Assembly: GCA_002315765.1 (NCBI GenBank)
Contig: DCIE01000070.1
Span: forward strand, 14,628-78,627
Reading direction: 5' to 3'
Source: Ruminococcaceae bacterium UBA1734
GTDB taxonomy: Bacteria; Bacillota; Clostridia; Oscillospirales; Acutalibacteraceae
Length of the DNA stretch: 64,000 nucleotides
Positions 57,770-64,000 of the stretch are shown here, one piece after another. Position numbers and translations under genes: made by a program. Within the stretch, counting starts at the first letter, position 1, and each line of letters opens with the position of its first letter. A model generated the notes under the pieces. It was given only the letters and a program-made list of their open reading frames with translations. It was not told where the DNA came from and searched no databases.

Positions 57770-58786
57770 TTATTTTTTTAGTTTTCTAATCAGTTCAACA
57801 CATTTTCTTGCTTTATTTTTCATAAAAAGTAATCCGGGAATTTTTTCAAAATATATTATGGGATATTCTACAAATTGGGGGTTATATTTAAGTTTATACT
57901 CTCTATAACCGACTAAATCCAAATTTTTAATACCAAGTGAATTCCAATGTTTTATCATTTCCCACATCAATGCCTCGTTAGGCAAGTACTTTTGATAACT
58001 GCGATAACTTGCCGCGCCTAAATAATATGCCCAAGTTCCACCGGCGAATGAAAGAACGGTAGCAATAACGGTTTCCTTCCCATCTTCATCCGGTAATACA
58101 GCTTCAAGTGCCAAAACATTATCGGGAAAATCTTTAAAAGCTTCTACCATATCATTTAATTTTTTCAATCCGTAATTAGGTTTTAAATTTTGCTTGGCAA
58201 AAACATCAACAAGCTGGTCGTAATAAATCTTGACAAATTCATTGTCAAAAGGGACTTGTTTTATTATAATGCCTTTACGAGAAGATGCCCTGACATCTCT
58301 CCTACCGTTTTTTGTGAAATTATTCAATATATCATCTAAAGGTTTTCCGTTATCAATATAAAGCATTTTAATAGGCTTAATTTTAAAAGATTTCGACAAT
58401 TCGGATATTTTGATATTTTTATCTGTAATCTGAACAAAAAGGCATTTAAGGTTTTTAAAAGCATAATTTTTAACTGCCGACAAGGCTTCGTTAACATTAA
58501 AATCTTCGAAAAAACGAATAAATCCCATATCACAGGTAAGCCAACCGTCAAATGGGCTACCTAATATTCTAATCCCTGCCTTCTTAACAATAAGACCGAC
58601 AAAATAACCAACAACTATATTGTCAGAATCAGAAATCTTCAAAATTACCGGTTCGCCGTTTTGATTATTTTTTAAGAATTCAACCCATGGCAGTGATAAA
58701 AAAACAGTGTTGCAAAGGTTTTGCTTTGTTAATTCAAATAATGAATCTTCTGTTGTTCTCTCGATTTGATACATAAAATACTCCAA
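57770..58786 (-). CDS. FemAB/Acetyltransf_6-like (GNAT-fold) transferase
   Basis: 338 aa. ..AYYLGAASYRSYQKYLPNEALMWEMIKHWNSLGIKNLDLVG.. matches the Fem/FemX-type C-terminal signature. Confidence 0.6.
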   Translation of the reverse strand: MEYFMYQIERTTEDSLFELTKQNLCNTVFLSLPWVEFLKNNQNGEPVILKISDSDNIVVGYFVGLIVKKAGIRILGSPFDGWLTCDMGFIRFFEDFNVNEALSAVKNYAFKNLKCLFVQITDKNIKISELSKSFKIKPIKMLYIDNGKPLDDILNNFTKNGRRDVRASSRKGIIIKQVPFDNEFVKIYYDQLVDVFAKQNLKPNYGLKKLNDMVEAFKDFPDNVLALEAVLPDEDGKETVIATVLSFAGGTWAYYLGAASYRSYQKYLPNEALMWEMIKHWNSLGIKNLDLVGYREYKLKYNPQFVEYPIIYFEKIPGLLFMKNKARKCVELIRKLKK

Positions 58787-58798
58787 TTAATATTAAAA

Positions 58799-59563
58799 CT
58801 ATTTGGCTAATTGAGAAGTTGTTGTAACACAAATGTCTTTCCCGTTGTTAAGATAATCGCAAATCTCCTTAAAATAATCGACTTTCCAAAACCACATATT
58901 TTTAACATCGTTTGAAATACTGTGGAACATAAAGATAACCGAAGAATTATCGGGCATTTTACTAATTAAATACTTAATTTGCGAAGGTTTTGTGCAACTT
59001 CTTATTGTAACGGAATTAAACACATCATTTTGAGAATTAATGATAACATTTTCACGGTTTATAATCCAAAACAAAAAGTTATTGTGGGTTTTTGTTTCAA
59101 GCCAAAGTAATGCTTTGTATAGCAAACTTTTTCTATTAGTTTGAATACCTGTCCTGATGTAAGAAATTTCACCACTGTTTAGCATTTCGGAAATATTAGG
59201 ACAATTATCATTTAAAAAATAGGAATAAGGACTTGCAAATCCGAACTTTTCAGGACAAATACCCCAACTGTTAAGCTTAACAATATTATTTTTTATGTCG
59301 GTTGCATCATTTTTGTGTGTATGACCGTGAAGTGCTATTTCGTGGCCGTTATTTGCACAAATCTTTACCTGCTCAACAGTCATCGGCAAAACATCTTTAA
59401 AAGATTTTCGCATATATTCGTCAGGATTTTCAATATAATCACTCACTACATTAAGGGTACATTTAAAACCGTAATTATCCAAAATCGGTATTGCGTTTTC
59501 AAAATTATCACTTCTACCGTCATCAAAAGAAAAAATTATTCTTTTCATATTAAAAATTTTCAC
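58799..59563 (-). CDS. polysaccharide deacetylase (CE4/NodB-type), cytoplasmic
   Basis: 254 aa with no signal peptide. ..IIFSFDDGRSD.., ..HEIALHGHTH. Confidence 0.7.
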   Translation of the reverse strand: MKIFNMKRIIFSFDDGRSDNFENAIPILDNYGFKCTLNVVSDYIENPDEYMRKSFKDVLPMTVEQVKICANNGHEIALHGHTHKNDATDIKNNIVKLNSWGICPEKFGFASPYSYFLNDNCPNISEMLNSGEISYIRTGIQTNRKSLLYKALLWLETKTHNNFLFWIINRENVIINSQNDVFNSVTIRSCTKPSQIKYLISKMPDNSSVIFMFHSISNDVKNMWFWKVDYFKEICDYLNNGKDICVTTTSQLAK

Positions 59564-60393
59564 CTTTTAGAAAAATAAGTCGTATAATCTTTTTGTGTAT
59601 CAAAAATTAATGCATGAACTGCCGCTTCTTGTTGCTCTTTGGAAGGTAACTTCATATAATCTCCGTAACGGTATTCGAGATATTCTTTGATATACCGAGA
59701 GCCTAAAAGTTTTGTATCTTCAAAGGGGATATCAACGGTCTTTTCGAAATATTTTTCTTCAAATAATCCGTTTTTAAATTTTGCAGGTGTTATCCAATAA
59801 CACCACATAAAATTATCTTTTAAGTTGTCATATCTATATATTTGCTTATATGCAAGGGTCGAAAGAAATTTTTTGGGTAATATTTTCAGAAAAGATAATG
59901 CTGATTTTTGTGAAAATGATTTTGGTTTCCAATTTCGCTGAGATAAACCGATAAGTGTTACAAATTTTGAATAATAATAAATTTTCTTTTGAACAAAACT
60001 ACTTTTCGGTACCTTATGTAAAATCATTATGTCAACATAAATGCCCTGATGTAAGTCTTTTCTATTCTTAAAACTTTCCTCAATAAAAGTTGTACCGTTC
60101 ATACGAACTTTAGCATATTCAAGATATTTATTACAGGTTTTCCATTCTTGCAAAACAAACAAAGAATTATTATCCTTATTAAACGCATCTTTAAATCTGT
60201 TGTATTCGGCAGGTGTCATAAATATATCAAGGTCATCATCCCAAGGTATAAAACCACCGTGTCGAACAGCGCCCAAGGCGGTGCCTCCCATAATAAAGTA
60301 ACTGATTGACTCTTTTCTGCAAATTGAGTCAATATACTTCATTATTTCTAATATTTTATTTTGAACATTTTTAACATTGGATAGCGAGTCCAT
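59560..60393 (-). CDS. licD: LicD-family phosphotransferase (second copy)
   Basis: 277 aa. ..YFIMGGTALGAVRHGGFIPWDDDLDIFM.., ..YGDYMKLP. Confidence 0.8.
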   Translation of the reverse strand: MDSLSNVKNVQNKILEIMKYIDSICRKESISYFIMGGTALGAVRHGGFIPWDDDLDIFMTPAEYNRFKDAFNKDNNSLFVLQEWKTCNKYLEYAKVRMNGTTFIEESFKNRKDLHQGIYVDIMILHKVPKSSFVQKKIYYYSKFVTLIGLSQRNWKPKSFSQKSALSFLKILPKKFLSTLAYKQIYRYDNLKDNFMWCYWITPAKFKNGLFEEKYFEKTVDIPFEDTKLLGSRYIKEYLEYRYGDYMKLPSKEQQEAAVHALIFDTQKDYTTYFSKR

Positions 60394-60416
60394 TTAAAAG
60401 GTCCCCTATTCTGAAA

Positions 60417-61505
60417 TTATTTTAAAACTTTCCTATAAACCTCAACTGTGTTTTTTGTCATTGCGGAAACAGTGCAATTATTATGTGCAAAATCTCTCGC
60501 CCTGACAATCAAATTCTTATCGTATTCGGTTCCGTCTATTATATTTTTAATATGTTTAGCAATGGTTGTGGGGGTAATGTCTTCAAAAGCTACTACATAG
60601 TCTTTTGTGTCTTCATATCCACCGACTTTACTTCTTGTTATGGGAACACCCATAAACATCGCTTCAATGCAATTAAGAGGAAATCCTTCGGATTTTGACG
60701 GTAGAATCAGTGCATCGGAAGCACCTAAAATCCCCCTTGTCTCAACCCAACCTAAAAACTTGAATACATCATTTAATTGGTATTTATTTATTAGGTCCAA
60801 AACGGACTCGTAATAACTACCATCTTTTTCACCGGAAATAAGAATGGTTAATTTTTTAATTTTCTCTTTCGGCAAAATGTTTACAGCTTCAACAACAGCC
60901 AATTGGTTTTTAACATCGCAAATTCTTGAATGAAGAGTAATAACTTTATTATCAAAAGGAATATTGTATTTTTCTCTTAATTCTGTTTTTTCACTAATAG
61001 AAACCGGAGTTAATTTTGTTTCATCAACACCGTTTAATACATAAGATATTAATTCATTTGGAACTTTTAACACTCCTGCAAGAAAGTCGCCGACCTCTTT
61101 AGAAATGGCGATGGCTTGATTTCCGAAATGAGTAAAATACCTATGTATAAAATCATGGGGAATGGGCGCCAAATGTAGTGTATAAACATATTTGATTTTC
61201 CAAAAGAAATTATACCAGTGCATATACAAAGCAGCCATTCTATGATGGCAATGGACAATATCAATATTATTATCAACAATTATTTTATTAAGAGTTTTTA
61301 GGCTTTTAATAACCGATATGGGATTTTTAGACCTTAATTCTACTTTTATAAACTTAACATTTTCGGATGTTCCGATATTCAAATCATTTGTACTTGAAAC
61401 AACAATTACATTGTGGCCTTGCTTTACAAGTTCTTCACTTAACTGTTTCATATGATTACCGACACCGGTACGGGCAATTATTCTTGACATTAAGAGAATA
61501 TTCAA
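60417..61505 (-). CDS. GT4-family (GT-B) glycosyltransferase
   Basis: 362 aa. ..RTGVGNHM.., C-terminal ..LILPSKSEGFPLNCIEAMFMGVPI. Confidence 0.8.
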   Translation of the reverse strand: MNILLMSRIIARTGVGNHMKQLSEELVKQGHNVIVVSSTNDLNIGTSENVKFIKVELRSKNPISVIKSLKTLNKIIVDNNIDIVHCHHRMAALYMHWYNFFWKIKYVYTLHLAPIPHDFIHRYFTHFGNQAIAISKEVGDFLAGVLKVPNELISYVLNGVDETKLTPVSISEKTELREKYNIPFDNKVITLHSRICDVKNQLAVVEAVNILPKEKIKKLTILISGEKDGSYYESVLDLINKYQLNDVFKFLGWVETRGILGASDALILPSKSEGFPLNCIEAMFMGVPITRSKVGGYEDTKDYVVAFEDITPTTIAKHIKNIIDGTEYDKNLIVRARDFAHNNCTVSAMTKNTVEVYRKVLK

Positions 61506-61514
61506 AGTATCACC

Positions 61515-62351
61515 TCAAATTTTTTTAGCCAAATAATAATACTTGCTCATTATCTTCTTAAACAAAGGAATTTTAACCATTATTTTTGCAACAAATTTTA
61601 TGATTTTGAAAATCTTTTCTTTAATCAGATATTTAACAGCACTATCCGACCATCGATGAGGATGTGTACTGATAATTACCTTATTATCAAGAGCCGAGAA
61701 TAACTCATCAAGAGATTCGTAAGAAATGTTTTTGTCATCGCTGTTAATAATATCATTGTTAAATGGGTCAAAAATCAGTTTGAATTTTCTACCGGCATCA
61801 GAATAATATGTGTAATTTACATTATGTTTTTGAGGAAAATTCACCATAATATCGGAAATTTCCGGATAAGAGGACTGAATATCTTTATTTCTGAAAAAAT
61901 CACGGTTGGAAGTATATCCAACCCTTTCAACAATCGGATTTCCATGCTGACAAACCGTTGTAAAACCAAAACCGAAGCTTTCGAATTTCGCTTTAAATTT
62001 ATCAAATTCCTCTTTTGCAAGAGTGATATTGCCATGACAACTATCCATTACATCATAGTGATATGATATTTCGTGCCCCATTTGACTCATTTTTTTAAGC
62101 ATTTCAACATTGTTTAGGTCATCCAACAAATAAGCCTGAACATAATATGAACCTCTATGACCGTATTTGTTTTCTATTTGTGCCATTTTAAATGCTCTTT
62201 GAACATTATTTTCAACATCATGCTTTAATACTAAAAAATCGTGCAAATTCTCGCCGACTTCACAGGCAGGGATACTCAATCTGTTATTGTCTTTTAATTG
62301 TTTGCAAAAATTATCCCACTTGTTAAAAACGAATATCATAAAAACTCCCAA
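61515..62351 (-). CDS. CE4-like / polysaccharide-deacetylase-like protein with a C-terminal amphipathic or TM tail
   Basis: 278 aa. ..LVLKHDVE.., ..GHEISYHYD.., ..ISTHPHRW. This is a weak by-eye assignment. Confidence 0.4.
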   Translation of the reverse strand: MGVFMIFVFNKWDNFCKQLKDNNRLSIPACEVGENLHDFLVLKHDVENNVQRAFKMAQIENKYGHRGSYYVQAYLLDDLNNVEMLKKMSQMGHEISYHYDVMDSCHGNITLAKEEFDKFKAKFESFGFGFTTVCQHGNPIVERVGYTSNRDFFRNKDIQSSYPEISDIMVNFPQKHNVNYTYYSDAGRKFKLIFDPFNNDIINSDDKNISYESLDELFSALDNKVIISTHPHRWSDSAVKYLIKEKIFKIIKFVAKIMVKIPLFKKIMSKYYYLAKKI

Positions 62352-62354
62352 AAG

Positions 62355-62786
62355 TTATTGTGCTTTATCACCGCTGTTAAGTCTATCTCTTAAAATTGTT
62401 GAAGAAATACCATCGGTATGGTCTAAATAAACAACAGAACAACCAACCTCGGCAAACTCTTTTTCGTATTTATTCCAAGAGTCTGTGCCCTTCCAATCGG
62501 AACCAACAAATACCACATCAATACCGTATTGTTTTACTGCGGATAGTTTATTCATATCGCTTTGAGGAACAACCTTGTCAACATATTTAATTGACTCAAC
62601 GATTGAAATCCTGTCCGCTTCGCAAATAATAGGATATTTCTTTTTTCTTTTATAACATAAATCGTCAGTAGTAACACCGACGATTAAAAACTCGCATTGT
62701 TCTTTTGCCTTTTTCAGGATATTAAGATGACCGATATGAAACATATCATAAACACCGGTGGTGTACCCAACCTTATATTTAGCCAT
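62355..62786 (-). CDS. tagD: glycerol-3-phosphate cytidylyltransferase
   Basis: 143 aa. ..GYTTGVYDMFHIGHLNILKKAK.., ..IKYVDKVV.., ..VGSDWKG.., ..TDGISST. Confidence 0.88.
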   Translation of the reverse strand: MAKYKVGYTTGVYDMFHIGHLNILKKAKEQCEFLIVGVTTDDLCYKRKKKYPIICEADRISIVESIKYVDKVVPQSDMNKLSAVKQYGIDVVFVGSDWKGTDSWNKYEKEFAEVGCSVVYLDHTDGISSTILRDRLNSGDKAQ

Positions 62787-62789
62787 AAA

Positions 62790-63608
62790 CTAACTCCTTG
62801 CAAATTTTTTAAACACCCAACCTCTTAGTCTGTTAGGCATTAAAACCTGTACAATTAAACGCTTTGTAATATTTAAAAAATATGTTTTAAAATTAATAAT
62901 GCTGTTATTTAACATATATTTTTGCAAACGCTTTTCACTTTTAAAATAACGCATTCCGCCACGGCGGTTATACATATCTTTGCCAACCCTGACATTCACT
63001 AATATTTCATCAACATTGGCAAAAACCATATTTTCAAGAGCCATTCTTACCCAAAGATAATAGTCTTCCTCGCAGTACCAGTCGATAAAACCGCCGACCT
63101 TTTCCACCGAACTCTTTTTAAACATAACCGTAACTAAATTCATAGGGCATCTTTGCTTGAGGTAAACTTTAATATCCTTATCGTTTAAAGGAACAATTCT
63201 TTTTCCCACAATATTATCTTCACTGTCAATAAATTCGGATATTTGTCCTCCGACAACATCGACATTGATTTCGGAGAAAACTTTTAATTGTTTTTCAAAT
63301 CTATCTTTTGCGCAAATGTCGTCTGAATCCATAATGGCGACTAACTCATTAGAACAATTGGCTAAACCTTCTTTTCGGGCAATTCCGTGTCCTCTGTTCT
63401 CCGAAAATCTGATAATCTTAAAAATCTCGTTAGTTTCAAATTCTTTGATTAAATTGTCTATACCCAATGGGACAGGTCCGTCAACAACAATAACAATTTC
63501 GTTTGGAACGACAGTTTGATTTAAAACACTTTCAACTGCCGAATTAAACCATTGTGGATTGTCTTTGCCGTAAACACACATAGAAACAGAATAATTAAGA
63601 TTCATCAA
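62790..63608 (-). CDS. GT2-family glycosyltransferase
   Basis: 272 aa. ..SVSMCVYGKDNPQWFNSAVESVLNQT.., VVDGP, MDSDDI. Confidence 0.8.
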   Translation of the reverse strand: MMNLNYSVSMCVYGKDNPQWFNSAVESVLNQTVVPNEIVIVVDGPVPLGIDNLIKEFETNEIFKIIRFSENRGHGIARKEGLANCSNELVAIMDSDDICAKDRFEKQLKVFSEINVDVVGGQISEFIDSEDNIVGKRIVPLNDKDIKVYLKQRCPMNLVTVMFKKSSVEKVGGFIDWYCEEDYYLWVRMALENMVFANVDEILVNVRVGKDMYNRRGGMRYFKSEKRLQKYMLNNSIINFKTYFLNITKRLIVQVLMPNRLRGWVFKKFARS

Positions 63609-64000
63609 TTACACCTTTAATAATTCATTTGCCTTTTTTTGCTTTTCTCGGAACTCTTCGGAATTAATATTGTTGTTTTTAAGCAACCATTCGCCGAAAT
63701 CAATATCGCTTTCGGTTCCCTCTCTTACAACATCACTTGTTTTTAAAACTTTAGCAACAGTAAGCAGCAATATCTTTATATCACCCCATAAAGTAATGCC
63801 CTTATCTATATACTCGATATCAAACTCGAACTTCTTTTCCCAGGAAATATTATTTCTGCCACGGACTTGAGCAAGTCCCGTAAGACCGGGAGTTACGGTA
63901 TGCCGTTTTCTTTGCTCATCGGTCATAAAAACCATATCACGAACTAATTGTGGCCGTGGTCCCACAATAGACATATCACCCTTAAAAATCAAAAACAATT
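63609..64000 (-). CDS. bacterial sugar transferase (priming phosphoglycosyl transferase), C-terminal part; the gene runs off the right edge
   Basis: ..GDMSIVGPRPQL.., ..VTPGLTGLAQV.. The reading frame is open to the window end. Confidence 0.8.
   Translation of the reverse strand, partial: LFLIFKGDMSIVGPRPQLVRDMVFMTDEQRKRHTVTPGLTGLAQVRGRNNISWEKKFEFDIEYIDKGITLWGDIKILLLTVAKVLKTSDVVREGTESDIDFGEWLLKNNNINSEEFREKQKKANELLKV

Overview
This 64-kb chromosomal window comes from a low-G+C, endospore-forming Firmicute, probably Clostridia-like, since spoIIID and a SpoIIM-like gene are present. It uses genetic code 11: TGA works as a stop in many ATGA gene overlaps.

The left ~34 kb is mostly housekeeping:
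- metG (partial), a 921-aa degenerate P-type-ATPase-like protein, and rlmB, all on the minus strand.
- An enolase gene interrupted by one in-frame TGA.
- A guanine-riboswitch-controlled xpt plus BMP-family nucleoside ABC importer operon.
- A complete histidine operon (hisZGDCBHAF-IE-K) led by a TrpR-like YerC/HisR-type gene.
- A chimeric ORF that fuses the 5' half of an ABC exporter gene to the 3' two-thirds of a foreign tyrosine integrase gene.
- A GGGtGRT / IscU-like gene pair of unknown function.
- mnmE-mnmG, a LUD-domain gene, serS, sortase B and DnaD/DnaI-like loaders.

The right ~30 kb holds cell-envelope glycan genes:
- A small plus-strand module (priming transferase, DUF4422, LCP).
- About 11.5 kb of housekeeping genes (guaB, an SDR, a SpoIIM-like gene, purB, a Ca-type P-type ATPase, spoIIID).
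- A wHTH-LicC fusion plus APC permease operon.
- A 16-gene minus-strand Wzx/Wzy polysaccharide or teichoic-like locus that runs off the right edge. It contains 2 LicD, TagD, a pyruvyl transferase with an FrhB-like partner, a Fem-like transferase, 2 CE4-like proteins and a soluble LtaS/sulfatase-like enzyme.

The observations most worth follow-up are:
- A candidate ~146-nt antisense sRNA with a consensus promoter and terminator at 39.8-39.9 kb.
- The dead P1B-ATPase homologue.
- The ABC::integrase scar.
- The operator-like triple repeat in front of the wHTH-LicC gene.
- The GGGtGRT pair.

I saw no rRNA, tRNA, CRISPR array, transposase or recognisable defence system. All family assignments are by-eye motif recognition. 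No database search, folding or statistics were run.
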